The position numbers and the translations under genes are program-made. Source: Methanotrichaceae archaeon (GTDB lineage: Archaea; Halobacteriota; Methanosarcinia; Methanotrichales; Methanotrichaceae). From it: DNA of 64,000 nucleotides. Below are positions 1-10,605 of the stretch, one piece after another. The stretch spans positions 96,001 through 160,000 of the forward strand of contig CAVVKN010000002.1 in the NCBI GenBank assembly GCA_963748825.1, written 5' to 3'. The notes below the pieces were generated by a model. It saw nothing but the letters and a program-made list of their open reading frames with translations, was not told the origin of the DNA and made no database searches. The first letter of the stretch is position 1. Each line of letters starts with the position of its first letter.

Positions 1-29
1 GGAAGGATATCCGTTAGAGTTTTCTAAGG

Positions 30-2174
30 TTATCCTTTCATCGACAGCGATATTCTCTTCCTCTCCAGATCCACATCCAGCACCTTGACGGTGACCTTCT
101 GCCTGGCTTTCACCACGTCGGTTGGATTCTTCACATAGCCATCCCGAAGCTGGCTGATGTGCACCAGCCCATCCTGATGTACACCAATGTCCACGAAGGC
201 CCCGAAGGCAGTGACATTGGTCACAAGCCCTGGCAGCTTCATGCCGACCTTGAGATCCTCCATTTTCTCGATTCCCGGAGCAAAGCTGAAGGCCTCAAAC
301 TCCGCTCTGGGATCGCGGCCCGGCCGGGACAGCTCCTCCAAAATGTCCTGCAGCGTGGCGGCGCCCGCTTTCTCGCTGATGTACTTCTTGGGGTCCAGCT
401 TTTTCAGGAGGCTTTCATTATGCATCATCTCTTTTACGCTGACGCCTAAATCGCCCGCCATCTTCTCCACCAGAGGATAGCTCTCCGGATGCACAGCCGT
501 GCCGTCCAGGGGATTGTCGCTCTCACGAATGCGCAAAAATCCCGCCGCCTGCTCGAAGGCCTTGGGCCCCAGGCGCGGCACTTTGTGCAGATCCTGGCGC
601 GAGCAAAAGAGACCGTGCTCATTCCTGTACTTCACCACCGCCTCGGCCAACTTCGGGCCGAGACCGGAGACATAGGCCAGAAGCTCCCGGCTGGCGGCAT
701 TTACATCCACTCCCACCAGGTTTACGCAGGAGGAGACCACATCGTCCAATGCGCGCCTCAGCGCGGGCTGGTCCACGTCATGCTGATACTGTCCCACGCC
801 GATAGCATTGGGCTCGATTTTTACCAGCTCCGCCAGTGGGTCCATGAGCCGCCGCCCAATGGAGACTGTACCGCGCACGGTGGCATCCTCATGGGGAAAC
901 TCCTGCCGGGCGACTTCCGACGTAGAATAAACCGATGCCCCGGATTCATTGACCATCATGATTGCCGGCTTTAGCCGGAGGCTCTGCAAGAAGGCCTGTG
1001 TCTCTCTGCCCGCGGTGCCGTTACCAACCGCAATCACCTCGATGTCTTTTTCCCTGCAAATCTCCTGCACTTTGACGGCAGCCTCCTCCCTCCTCTTCTG
1101 AGTATCATGTGGGTAGATCACATGGCTCTCTTGCAGCCGGCCCAATCTGTCGAGCACGGCCAGCTTGCAGCCGGTGCGCAGGCCCGGGTCCACGGCCAGG
1201 ACGCACTTTTGTCCGAGAGGCGGGTCCAAGAGAACCTGGCGCAGGTTTTCGGAAAAGACCTCGATGGCCTTCTCCTCGGCATGGGCGCGTGCTGCCGCTA
1301 GCGTCTCATTTTCCATGGAGGGGGCGAGGAGACGACGGTAGCCGTCCTCTGCCGCCTGCATCACCTGATCTGCCGCCGGACAATTTCTTTTTATGAAGAG
1401 CTCCTCTAAAACCGCCAGCCCGTCCTCCTCCGCCGGGGCCACGTGCAGGCTAAGCGCGCCCGTTCGCGCTCCTCGCAGCATGGCCAGGAGCCTGTGCGGG
1501 CTTGCCCGAGCGAGGGCTTCGGAAAAGTCCAGATAGTCCCTGAATTTTGCGTCGTCTTTCGCATCAGACGATTCTCCTTTTCCGGCAACTGCCACAGACC
1601 GGAGTAAGCCCTGCGATTGATAGAGCCGCCTCATTCTGCTTCGCGCCTCGGCATCCTCGCTCATCCACTCGGCCATGATGTCCCTCGCCCCGGCCAGGGC
1701 TTCCTCTGCAGAGGCGACCCCCTTCTCGGCATCCACAAAGGACAATGCCTCTTTCTCCGGGTCTAGGCCGCCAAGGTCCTGAGCAAAGATCCTCTTGGCC
1801 AGCGGCTCCAGGCCGCGCTCTTTCGCTGCAGTGGCCCGGGTCTTCCTCTTGGGCCGGAAGGGAAGGTAAATATCTTCCAGCATGGCCAGGGTGTCGGCTG
1901 CCTGCAGCTTCGCTTGCAGATCCGGTGTGAGCAGCTCTCGTTTGGCCAGAGAATGAAGAATGGCGTCTCTTCTCTCTTCGAGCTGCCGATTTTTGTAGAG
2001 TTGATCACGAATCCTGGAAATCGCTACTTCATCCAGATTTCCTGTGGCCTCTTTTCGGTATCTGGCAATGAAGGGAAGCGTTGCGCCGCCATCCAGCAAC
2101 TCAGCGGTGGCCTGGACCTCTCTCTCGCCCAGTGATAACTGCAAAGCCACCTTTTTAATTTGAGGATCGGACAT
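30..2174 (-). CDS. tex: Tex family RNA-binding transcriptional accessory protein
   Basis: N-terminal LLDGGATLPFIARYRKEATGNLDE, YqgF-like AVDPGLRTGCK, HhH motifs and C-terminal S1 domain (VTNVTAFGAFVDIGVHQDGLVHISQL). Start placed at ATG 2174 (MSDPQIK); the ORF is open to 2204. Confidence 0.95.
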   Translation of the reverse strand: MSDPQIKKVALQLSLGEREVQATAELLDGGATLPFIARYRKEATGNLDEVAISRIRDQLYKNRQLEERRDAILHSLAKRELLTPDLQAKLQAADTLAMLEDIYLPFRPKRKTRATAAKERGLEPLAKRIFAQDLGGLDPEKEALSFVDAEKGVASAEEALAGARDIMAEWMSEDAEARSRMRRLYQSQGLLRSVAVAGKGESSDAKDDAKFRDYLDFSEALARASPHRLLAMLRGARTGALSLHVAPAEEDGLAVLEELFIKRNCPAADQVMQAAEDGYRRLLAPSMENETLAAARAHAEEKAIEVFSENLRQVLLDPPLGQKCVLAVDPGLRTGCKLAVLDRLGRLQESHVIYPHDTQKRREEAAVKVQEICREKDIEVIAVGNGTAGRETQAFLQSLRLKPAIMMVNESGASVYSTSEVARQEFPHEDATVRGTVSIGRRLMDPLAELVKIEPNAIGVGQYQHDVDQPALRRALDDVVSSCVNLVGVDVNAASRELLAYVSGLGPKLAEAVVKYRNEHGLFCSRQDLHKVPRLGPKAFEQAAGFLRIRESDNPLDGTAVHPESYPLVEKMAGDLGVSVKEMMHNESLLKKLDPKKYISEKAGAATLQDILEELSRPGRDPRAEFEAFSFAPGIEKMEDLKVGMKLPGLVTNVTAFGAFVDIGVHQDGLVHISQLRDGYVKNPTDVVKARQKVTVKVLDVDLERKRISLSMKG

Positions 2175-2316
2175 ATCGCATCCTTCTTGGAATGCAGAGA
2201 TCATTAATGCTTGGGCGATTAATGCCCGAAATTTTTAAAATAAAATTCTCACAATTTATTTTATCGAAACCTTTACCTACCCCCACGCCGTTCTTTCCTC
2301 CATCAGGTGACCCCTA

Positions 2317-4182
2317 TTGCAATTACTCTTAATCCACTCTGATTTCATTGAGTTCGAGGCCAAAAAGCCTACGAAGATGGCGGAAGAGATCGAAGACTCG
2401 GCCAAGAAAGGCCGGCTGGAAGAGGCACTCTGCGCCTTTATAGCCGTAGAGAAGTTTGACGAGGACGACCCGGATGCCGTCATAGCCGAAGGCGTCAAGC
2501 AGATCGCTGACGTAGCTGGCCAGGTGCACGCCGCCCGGATCATGCTCTATCCCTACGCGCACCTCAGCAGTCAGCTCTCCACTCCCGCGACGGCCATCAG
2601 AATCCTCAAAGGCATGCATGAGACCCTTTCCGCCAACTACGAGGTAATGCGCGCTCCTTTCGGCTGGTACAAGGCCTTTACCATCAGCTGCAAGGGCCAT
2701 CCGCTCTCTGAGCTGTCCCGTTCCATCCGGCTCGGAGAAGGCGAGGTGGTCTCCGAAGCCCTCAAGTCCGAGGCCAAGGCCGTCTCCTACTGGAAGGTGC
2801 TCGACTTAGAAGGCAACCTGATTGATGCCGACAAGTTCGACTTCACGGACCACGAAAACCTCAAGAAGTTCACCAACTACGAGATCTCCAAGGCCAGAGC
2901 CGTGGACAAGGTCCCGCCCCACGTGGAGCTGATGAGGCGCTTGGAGCTCGTGGACTACGAGCCCGGCTCCGATCCAGGCAACATGCGCTTCTATCCCAAG
3001 GGCAGGCTCATCAAATCGCTGCTGGAAAACTATGTACTTGACAGGGCCTCGGATATGGGCGCCATGGAGGTGGAGACGCCCATCATGTACGACATGGAGC
3101 ACCCCACCCTCAAGAAGTACCTGGACAGATTCCCGGCCCGGCAGTACCAGATCGATTCCGATAAGAAGAAGCTCTTCCTGAGATTCGCGGCCTGCTTCGG
3201 CCAGTTTCTCATGGGCCACGACATGACCATCTCCTACAAGGCCATGCCCCTTAAAATGTTCGAGATCACCCGATACTCCTTCCGGCGCGAACAACGGGGA
3301 GAGCTGGTAGGCATCCGCCGCCTGAGAGCTTTTACCATGCCCGATATGCACACCCTGGCCCGCGATATGAATTCCGCCATGGAGGAATTCAGAAAGCAGT
3401 ACCTGGCCAGCATCTCCGTCCTGAGCGAGGTGGGCATCGATCTGGCCGACTACGAGGTGGCCATCCGCTTCACCAAAGACTTCTATAACGAGAACCGCCA
3501 GTTTATCGAGGGCCTGGTAGACATCGTCAAGAAGCCCGTTCTTATTGAGATGTGGGATGAGAGGTTCTTTTACTTCGTGCTCAAGTTCGAGTTCAACTTC
3601 GTGGACACCCTGGACAAGGCCAGCGCCCTGGCCACCGTGCAGATCGATGTGGAGAACGCGGAGCGCTACGACATCACCTACATCGATGAGGCAGGAGAGA
3701 AACAGCAGCCCATTCTCTTGCACTGCTCCCCATCCGGGGCCATCGAGAGGGTCATGTACGCCCTCCTGGAGAAGGCGGCCCGCCTCTCCGAGGAAGGCAA
3801 GCTTCCCATGCTGCAGACCTGGCTGTCGCCCACGCAGGTCAGGATCATACCCGTGGCGGAGAGGCACCAGGCCCGCGCCCTGGAGATCGCCACGGAGCTC
3901 GGTTTCCGGACGGACATCGACGAGCGCGACGAGACGGTGAGCAAGAAGATTCGTGATGCAGGCCGCGAATGGATTCCCTACGTAGTGGTGATCGGGGACG
4001 AGGAGCTGGAATCCGGCAAGCTCTCCGTTACTATTCGCTCCGAATCCACGCCCAAGTCTCCAGCCAAGTCCAAGATGACTGTGGAATACCTGCGCCGAAG
4101 AGTCACTGCCGAGACCGCTGGCAAGCCCTGGCGCAGATTGCCGCTGCCCATGAAGCTCACCGAGCGGCCCAAGTTCATTTAA
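2317..4182 (+). CDS. thrS: Threonyl-tRNA synthetase, archaeal type with N-terminal editing domain
   Basis: MQLLLIHSD start, YPYAHLS editing-domain motif, FRREQRGEL motif 2, [11 protein letters not shown] motif 3. TTG start preceded by a GGTGA RBS. Confidence 0.97.
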   Translation: MQLLLIHSDFIEFEAKKPTKMAEEIEDSAKKGRLEEALCAFIAVEKFDEDDPDAVIAEGVKQIADVAGQVHAARIMLYPYAHLSSQLSTPATAIRILKGMHETLSANYEVMRAPFGWYKAFTISCKGHPLSELSRSIRLGEGEVVSEALKSEAKAVSYWKVLDLEGNLIDADKFDFTDHENLKKFTNYEISKARAVDKVPPHVELMRRLELVDYEPGSDPGNMRFYPKGRLIKSLLENYVLDRASDMGAMEVETPIMYDMEHPTLKKYLDRFPARQYQIDSDKKKLFLRFAACFGQFLMGHDMTISYKAMPLKMFEITRYSFRREQRGELVGIRRLRAFTMPDMHTLARDMNSAMEEFRKQYLASISVLSEVGIDLADYEVAIRFTKDFYNENRQFIEGLVDIVKKPVLIEMWDERFFYFVLKFEFNFVDTLDKASALATVQIDVENAERYDITYIDEAGEKQQPILLHCSPSGAIERVMYALLEKAARLSEEGKLPMLQTWLSPTQVRIIPVAERHQARALEIATELGFRTDIDERDETVSKKIRDAGREWIPYVVVIGDEELESGKLSVTIRSESTPKSPAKSKMTVEYLRRRVTAETAGKPWRRLPLPMKLTERPKFI

Positions 4183-4197
4183 GAAAGAACAGGCAAA

Positions 4198-4246
4198 GAG
4201 TCGCAGGCGCGCCAGGCCAGTGCTTGTGGCTTTGATCTCTTTTTTT
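4198..4246 (+). terminator. Hairpin plus T-tract after thrS
   Basis: GAGTCGCAGGCGC (4198-4210) pairs fully with GTGCTTGTGGCTT (4220-4232) using five G-U pairs, so it folds well only on the + transcript. T run at 4240-4246. Confidence 0.6.
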
Positions 4247-4500
4247 CATCAATCCAATTTCCGTCAACTCACGTTTTATGCCAGAGTTTGGAGGTAATAG
4301 AAGATGGTTTCACTTACCGGACTGATTATTGCGTAATTATCTTAGGCCTGGCCACATTCATACTGCCTGAAGCCCTCAACAGGTTCGCAGACTCTCGAAG
4401 CCAGCCCAGATAAGGGAAATCCGATTAAAGTAATCCATTTTTCGACCTCTTTTTGTTTAGCGAATTTAATTTTTATCCTTGGATTACTATCGATTTAAAT

Positions 4501-5640
4501 TTACGGCTCCGCCATTGGGTATCTGTCCACTCCCGGCCCACCCGGAACGTAGAAGATCCGTCCTAAATCGCTGTAGTGGTTGCCCACCAGGCCGTTGTCC
4601 CAGCGGTTGCTCTGGCCCATGTCATAGGCATTGTAACCATTGCCGACGAGATGGTTGGAAAAGAGCAGATTCCAGCCGGAGGAGAAAGATAGATAGATAC
4701 CGTATCCGTTCTCTTTCACGGTATTATTTTGCAGAGTATTATTGCTGCTGTGACCCGCTAGCTGCAATCCTTTCTCATTGAATGAAACGCTGTTGCCTTG
4801 CAGTGTGTTGTCATTGCTATCATATGAGAGGTAAATGCCCCGAGAATTGTCCGATGCCGTGTTTTCCCGGATGACGTTTCCTCGTGAACTGTCCAGATAT
4901 ATCCCCGCGTCCCTATTTCGGAATGCATTATTCTTTTCTATCAGATTTTGGTTGCTGGACTCTGATAAGGATATGCCATACCAATCGTTGTAGCTGATGC
5001 TATTGCCCCGCAGCGTGTTATTGCTTGCCGATCGCAGCGATAGGGATGAGTCGCCGTTGTTCATCAGATCATTATACTGAATGACGTTGTCTTGGGAATA
5101 GGCGAGAAAGATGCCGCAATCGCTCTCTTCATTGATGTTGTTATCCCGGACAGCATTTTTGGAAATAGTATTTCGCTCTGAGACATAGAGGGTGATGCCA
5201 TTGGTGTTGTTGTTTATATCATTGGAGGCGATGAAGTTGGAGCGGGAATGATCCAGACGAATTCCATCCAGGCACCCACTAATAGTATTATTCTCTATAA
5301 TATTATTTTCTGAAAGGACATGGATGCCTGTACGGCGCGTGGTTCTAATGTCAAATCCCGATATACTTGCCCCGTCGGCTCGAAGGATTATTGCACTGTT
5401 CATTGCGCCTGCATCCAGCAGAGGACGACCGATGCCCAACAGAATGATCGGTTTGCTTATGTTCAGGCTCTCTCGATAAACCCCGCTCTGAACAGATATG
5501 GTATCTCCGGAATTTGCCCCATTTACAGCGGCCTGAATGCTCTCTCCGGGGCTGACATTAATTGCAGCCGCCGGGGCCATTGACGACAGAAAGATGATGG
5601 CTACAGCCAGCACTGTTAGATGCTCTCCTCTATGCTTCAT
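4501..5640 (-). CDS. Secreted NosD/CASH parallel beta-helix protein
   Basis: Signal peptide, then VSPGESIQAAVN and many GIxLxxSxxNxIxxN repeats, ending in NRWDNGLVGNHYSD. Confidence 0.88.
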   Translation of the reverse strand: MKHRGEHLTVLAVAIIFLSSMAPAAAINVSPGESIQAAVNGANSGDTISVQSGVYRESLNISKPIILLGIGRPLLDAGAMNSAIILRADGASISGFDIRTTRRTGIHVLSENNIIENNTISGCLDGIRLDHSRSNFIASNDINNNTNGITLYVSERNTISKNAVRDNNINEESDCGIFLAYSQDNVIQYNDLMNNGDSSLSLRSASNNTLRGNSISYNDWYGISLSESSNQNLIEKNNAFRNRDAGIYLDSSRGNVIRENTASDNSRGIYLSYDSNDNTLQGNSVSFNEKGLQLAGHSSNNTLQNNTVKENGYGIYLSFSSGWNLLFSNHLVGNGYNAYDMGQSNRWDNGLVGNHYSDLGRIFYVPGGPGVDRYPMAEP

Positions 5641-5889
5641 TGCCTTTCCCAGATACTACTATGGTTTTCTAATTTAAAAACTTGCCTTTAGAAGTGCATC
5701 TTCCGAAGAGCTTATCCTGAAGAACTAATCAGGAAATCGCTTTGAAAAAGTAACTGTAGCTAAATCGCAGAGGCTGCAATCCATTTCATAATCAGAGGAG
5801 AGTAGATCACTAACATGATCGGTAGATTCCAGATCCCAGCCACCAAAGATCTATTAAGAAAAAAAGCACAATTAATAGTGGAGATTGAT

Positions 5890-6246
5890 ATGTCTGCTAT
5901 AGTTCATTTCGAGATTCCCTATGATGAAGCGGAAAGGGCCAAGAAATTCTACACGGAGCTTTTCGGTTGGAAGGTTGAGGCTTTTGCTCCTGGAATGGAT
6001 TACTGGATGATCCAAACCCAGGATGGAACAGGTGGCGGCTTGATGAAGCGCCAGCATCCAGATCATAAGATCACCGACTACTTTGGAGTCCCTTCCCTCC
6101 TGGAGTCTTCCGCCAAGGTAGAGAAGCTGGGTGGCAAGATTCTCATGCCCAAGATGGCCGTTCCCAAGATGGGCTACTTTGCAGTCTGCATGGACACCGA
6201 GGGAAATGTCTTCGGCCTCTGGGAGGAAGATTCCCTGGCCAAATGA
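5890..6246 (+). CDS. VOC/glyoxalase family protein
   Basis: IVHFEIP..ERAKKFYTELFGW and DTEGNVFGLWE motifs; start ATG 5890. Confidence 0.9.
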   Translation: MSAIVHFEIPYDEAERAKKFYTELFGWKVEAFAPGMDYWMIQTQDGTGGGLMKRQHPDHKITDYFGVPSLLESSAKVEKLGGKILMPKMAVPKMGYFAVCMDTEGNVFGLWEEDSLAK

Positions 6247-6422
6247 AACGGTGTGGGAATTCTTCGGGAGGATGTTGCTGATTTGAGAATGGCACTGCTG
6301 GCTACTGCTTTGCACCATGGCGTATGATTAAAGGCATGGCCAGAGCTGAAAACCTTCTCTGGCCAGAAGAAATTTCTATACGCCCTCAGGCTTTCGGGCT
6401 TATCATATCCCGATTGATATTT

Positions 6423-8939
6423 TTAAGACGTCTCCATGCGGTAGAAAATCTTTTTCACAAGCTCAGCAGCTGCGATGTAAATCCCCACAATAACTGCTAT
6501 TATGACCAGAAAATAAGTTGGTATTTTTGTGAAGCCAAAGGGCTCCGATAGCGGGCTGAATGGCAGGATGAAAGTAAATAGGCCAACCAAAAGTGTCACG
6601 ACTATCAATGAAATGCTTGGTCTGGACGAGAAAAATGGTCTTTTGGTGCGAATGATCAGCACAACAAAGGAGGCCGATACCACCGACTCGATGAACCATC
6701 CGGTTCTGAACTGATCAACAGTTGCATGTAGCAGGAATAACAGCGCTCCAAAGGTCAAGAAGTCAAATAAAGAGCTCAGCAGGCCGAAGGTCACCATGAA
6801 GTTCCTGATGAATCCAATTGACCATCGCCTTGGTTGTGATACCAGTTCTGGGTCCACCCTGTCCCCTGCAATGGTCATCTCCGGAAGGTCGGTCAAGAGG
6901 TTAGTGAGCAGGACCTGTGTGGGAAGAAGGGGCAGGAATGGAAGGAACAGGGAAAGCAGGGCCATGCTGAACATGTTTCCGAAATTGGCGGATGTAGCCA
7001 TGAAGACGTACTTCATAGTGTTGGAGAATGTCTTTCTCCCTTCGATGACACCTTGTTTTAGAACACTAAGGTCTTTTTCCAGGAGGACTATATCGGCAGC
7101 CTCCTTGGCCACATCTGCGGCACTGTCTACAGAGATACCGATATCAGCAGCGTGAAGGGCGGAGGCGTCGTTGATACCATCGCCCATATAACCCACCACG
7201 TTTCCGGTCTTGCGCAGGGCCAGGATAAGTCTCTCCTTCTGGTTTGGCTCCACCTCAGCAAAGACATCAACTTCCGAAACGAGCTTTGAAAGAGCCTCGT
7301 CGCTTTCCCGCCGAATTTCGGGGCCAGTCAGGATTCTTCCTTCAAGCAGCTTTAACTGTTTGCTGATACTTGTTGCCACAAGCCGGTTGTCGCCGGTTAT
7401 TATCTTGAGGCCAATCCCTAATTGGTTCAGGTCGCTAATGGTCTGTGCGATTCCCTCCTTTAGCGGATCGAATAAGACCAGGAATCCCAAGAACGTCATC
7501 TCCGCTTCATCTCTAGCAAGAAGGACGCCGGCCTCAACAGTCTTCTTGGCCAGGCCCAGAACTCGGAATCCCTTCCCGCTAAGCTCCTGGAATCTGGCCT
7601 GGATCTGGTCTTTGACCAAAGAGATATCCACAACTTCCTGGGCCATCATGGCGGAGGTACAGATCTCCAGGACGTTTACCAGGGCCCCCTTGGTAACGAT
7701 AGTGTGTTCGTCGTCATTTGATACCAGAATGCTTAGGCGCTTTCGGACAAAGTCGTAAGGCACCTCATCTAATTTTTTAAATCCGGAAACATCGAGTTTA
7801 CGATAACTGAGGATGGCCTGGTCGATAGGATTGGAAAACCCTGTCTCGAAGAAGGCGTTTACATAGGCCAAGAGAAAAACTCCTTCACTCTCCTCACCTT
7901 CAAGATCCAGAACTGAGTTTAGCTTTACTGTCCCTTCCGTCAGGGTTCCTGTCTTGTCGGTGCATAGAATGTTCATGCTCCCAAAATTTTCAATCGAAGC
8001 CAGACGTTTGACTATGACTTTATGAGTGGCCATTTGCCTGGCTCCGTGGGCCAGATTTATGCTGATAATGGCCGGAAGGAGCTGAGGTGTCAGGCCAACC
8101 GCCAGTGCCAAAGAAAAGAGAAAAGAATCTACAATTGGGCGGGCCAGGTAGACGTTTATGGCAAAAATGGCCACTACCAGAACCATTGTTACCTCTAGAA
8201 GCAGGTAGCCAAAGTGTTTGACACCGTGTTCAAACTCCGTCTCAGGCTCACGGAGCTTGAGTCGCTGAGATACGCGTCCAAACTCAGTATCCGTTCCTGT
8301 ATGGACGACTACAGCCTTGGCAGTCCCGCTGACTACGTTTGTCCCCATAAAAAGGCTATTGGTGCGCTTGCTTAGAGGCGTGTCCTCGTCCAGACTTCCG
8401 GTCATTTTTTCAGCAGGATAAGTCTCCCCGGTAAGTGTCGCCTCGTTGATGAAGAGATCTTTGGACTGGAGGATCCGGGAATCTCCTGGGACGATATCAC
8501 CCGCGTTCAGCACTATAATGTCTCCGGGTACGATATACTCCATCAGGACGTCCTTTTGTATTCCGTCCCTAAGAACGGAGGCTTTGATCTGAATTATGGC
8601 CAGCAGACCGGCTACTGCATCTGCGGCGCTCCTCTCCTGCCAGAAGCCCAGCAGGCCGCTTATGAAAATTATGGCCAGGATAATCGATGCGCTGGTCACT
8701 TGATGGAGATAGAAAGAAAGGCCAGCGGCGAATACTAGCAGCAGAATTATAGGGCTATTGAACTGAGCCAGCAGCAAAAGGATAGAATAAGACTTCTTGC
8801 GGGGCTTTAGCAGGTTAGCACCGTATTGTTTGAGCCTTTTTTGAGCCTCCTTTTCATCCAGCCCCACCTCCTTTGCATCGAGCAATCTGAGCAGTTCTTC
8901 GGGTGAAGCAGACCAAAAGGCGGATAGATCACGGCTCAC
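6423..8939 (-). CDS. mgtA: Magnesium-translocating P-type ATPase (P3B-like)
   Basis: DKTGTLT phosphorylation site, TGET, MGDGINDA, AVGLTPQLLP and ATSANFGNMFS motifs typical of MgtA. Confidence 0.88.
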   Translation of the reverse strand: MSRDLSAFWSASPEELLRLLDAKEVGLDEKEAQKRLKQYGANLLKPRKKSYSILLLLAQFNSPIILLLVFAAGLSFYLHQVTSASIILAIIFISGLLGFWQERSAADAVAGLLAIIQIKASVLRDGIQKDVLMEYIVPGDIIVLNAGDIVPGDSRILQSKDLFINEATLTGETYPAEKMTGSLDEDTPLSKRTNSLFMGTNVVSGTAKAVVVHTGTDTEFGRVSQRLKLREPETEFEHGVKHFGYLLLEVTMVLVVAIFAINVYLARPIVDSFLFSLALAVGLTPQLLPAIISINLAHGARQMATHKVIVKRLASIENFGSMNILCTDKTGTLTEGTVKLNSVLDLEGEESEGVFLLAYVNAFFETGFSNPIDQAILSYRKLDVSGFKKLDEVPYDFVRKRLSILVSNDDEHTIVTKGALVNVLEICTSAMMAQEVVDISLVKDQIQARFQELSGKGFRVLGLAKKTVEAGVLLARDEAEMTFLGFLVLFDPLKEGIAQTISDLNQLGIGLKIITGDNRLVATSISKQLKLLEGRILTGPEIRRESDEALSKLVSEVDVFAEVEPNQKERLILALRKTGNVVGYMGDGINDASALHAADIGISVDSAADVAKEAADIVLLEKDLSVLKQGVIEGRKTFSNTMKYVFMATSANFGNMFSMALLSLFLPFLPLLPTQVLLTNLLTDLPEMTIAGDRVDPELVSQPRRWSIGFIRNFMVTFGLLSSLFDFLTFGALLFLLHATVDQFRTGWFIESVVSASFVVLIIRTKRPFFSSRPSISLIVVTLLVGLFTFILPFSPLSEPFGFTKIPTYFLVIIAVIVGIYIAAAELVKKIFYRMETS

Positions 8940-9136
8940 AAATGTCTATTATACCTCTGAAGGGATAACTCTTTCCAACATCTCTAACGTTTTTTGATAT
9001 TCCCGGACCAACGACTTTCCAACGCGGCCGGAGCCGTTCGAATCTCACCCAAAATGGCCTGCCTGCATCTCAATATCTCATTCTCCTGATTATTTCTTTG
9101 GAGTGAAAATGATCTTTTCGGCCTGAACCGAAAGCC

Positions 9137-9144
9137 TTTTATAT
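9137..9144 (+). promoter_or_regulatory. Orphan TATA box with upstream BRE-like CCGAAA
   Basis: gaaccgaaagccTTTTATATcgg, about 25 nt upstream of a hairpin starting at G9168, with no convincing ORF downstream. Confidence 0.5.
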
Positions 9145-9167
9145 CGGCAATTGACGTATAGTATATT

Positions 9168-9230
9168 GGCAAAAGTCGAAGCTATTTTTCCCTCCTACAT
9201 CACTGACTTTTGCCTCCCTCCTTCTTATTC
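9168..9230 (+). ncRNA. Candidate small RNA with two anti-SD (TCCCTCCT) motifs
   Basis: Perfect 10-bp stem GGCAAAAGTC (9168-9177)/GACTTTTGCC (9205-9214). TCCCTCCT occurs in the loop (9189-9196) and again after the stem (9215-9222). TATA at a suitable distance. Confidence 0.45.
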
Positions 9231-9543
9231 ATCAAACGCTTTCATGAGGATCTAGAACATCCGATTTCATCCATCCTCCGCTTTCCAAAAGAAAGACTTA
9301 TAGCCTAAATCATCCTTATTCCTTCAAGAACGCCAGCCATTCGGAGGAGAGGCAATTAAGTCGGGGCGATGAGGCTTGAAGACTGGCCAGGCCCACAGCC
9401 CCATTTATATCCCCGGCACCCTTGATTTTTACAGGTGCATGTGTATCTGTATCTGGCTCAAAATCGATTTTCTGGATCGCGGCTCAGCTCTTCGGAGATA
9501 TTTGTATAGTATTATAAAAATAGTTTAGGAAAATGCCATAGAA

Positions 9544-9682
9544 CCATATTTGCCTGAATCTACCTGGGCGTTGTAGCGGCTGGCGAGACTGAGGAGGAGA
9601 CGTTGGAGCTGATGAAGGAAGCTACAGAATTCCACTTAAAAGAAGAGAATCGTCCATGCTTCCAGAATTCCTTAAGATCATA
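9544..9682 (+). pseudogene. HicB-family antitoxin remnant
   Basis: Across frameshifts reads YLP..LPG/VVAAGETEEETLELMKEATEFHLK, matching the HicB N-domain pattern (PDLPGC..G.T.EEA....EA..). The 5' part is missing. Confidence 0.65.
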
Positions 9683-9854
9683 ATCTTAGCAGAAATTTTT
9701 CGAACAATATTATATATACACATACATCCTTCAAGAAAGATAGCAAAAGCAACGCCTGGTGTACTCTCTGGAAAGCTCACCTCCCTTAAAAATCCTTAAA
9801 TAGTAATAATGCCCGATTGAGGGAAGTTGCAAAAAATATTTGGCGGTTATAGGC

Positions 9855-10286
9855 ATGAAAAGAATCTTGGTATGTATTCTATTATTACTACTATGGATCG
9901 GTGTGGATTCGGTAAGCGCAGACACAATCTCTGCCCAGATAGACTCGTTCGATTTTCCATCCGGTGACTGGTACCGAGGGTCCAATCAGGGAGGAGCCAA
10001 TGTCTGGATAAAAAATACAGGTGATGTCGGTCATCTATTTTGGGTCTCCTACCAAGTGATGGATAAAAGAGGCCGGTGGTACAGTGCGCCACCAGAGTCT
10101 GTATATGCGGAACCAGGCGACAGCACGTATTTTGTTAATCCGGTTTGGAATATTCCTGATGATGCGGAGCTGGGTAACTACCAAGCAGATTTTTATTTAT
10201 ATGGATATTATGACAGTCGCACAGGGGAGCTGTCCGAACAGTTGGATCAAGTAGACCAAGTAGGTGCATTTAGAGTTGTAGGATGA
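9855..10286 (+). CDS. Secreted hypothetical protein (beta-rich, Ig-like)
   Basis: MKR + hydrophobic signal peptide; VWIKNTG and WNIPDDAELGNY resemble CARDB/Ig-like folds. Confidence 0.7.
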   Translation: MKRILVCILLLLLWIGVDSVSADTISAQIDSFDFPSGDWYRGSNQGGANVWIKNTGDVGHLFWVSYQVMDKRGRWYSAPPESVYAEPGDSTYFVNPVWNIPDDAELGNYQADFYLYGYYDSRTGELSEQLDQVDQVGAFRVVG

Positions 10287-10605
10287 GGTGTTAGAGTAGG
10301 GGCCAATAAAATATTGGCCGCGTGGGTGAGTTACTGAAAACCAAGGGTAATCTTCACTTTACTATTTTTTGGTTGCAATTTGATAAAAGCTCGGGAGCCA
10401 AGTGGCCACTTGCGATCCCTTTCGACCACGCAGCAGCCGCCGCAGAGCGGGCCTCTGGTCCCCAGGCGTACGGTTTCCCGGTCATCTCTGCTCGATCAGA
10501 TTCCCGCCTGTTTTCCTGCCGCGTCCGATCCAAATCTGATCCAAATCCTTTTCTTCTTGTTTTCCTATTCTCATAAATGGCTCAAGTTTACAGGATGATG
10601 CATAT

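Noticed and set aside
2806-3867. Long antisense ORFs (also 35017-35673, 42565-43308, 37650-38222 and others)
   Set aside because: Shadow frames of GC3-rich genes on the opposite strand, with no recognisable motifs.
9365-9402. GGCGATGAGGC resembles the 5' end of a fluoride riboswitch
   Set aside because: The following CGCC pairing segment and the downstream GCTGATG motif are absent, and no fluoride-related gene follows.
10322-10598. Short ORFs and a GATCCAAATC duplication
   Set aside because: No recognisable protein in any frame; only two copies of a 10-mer.
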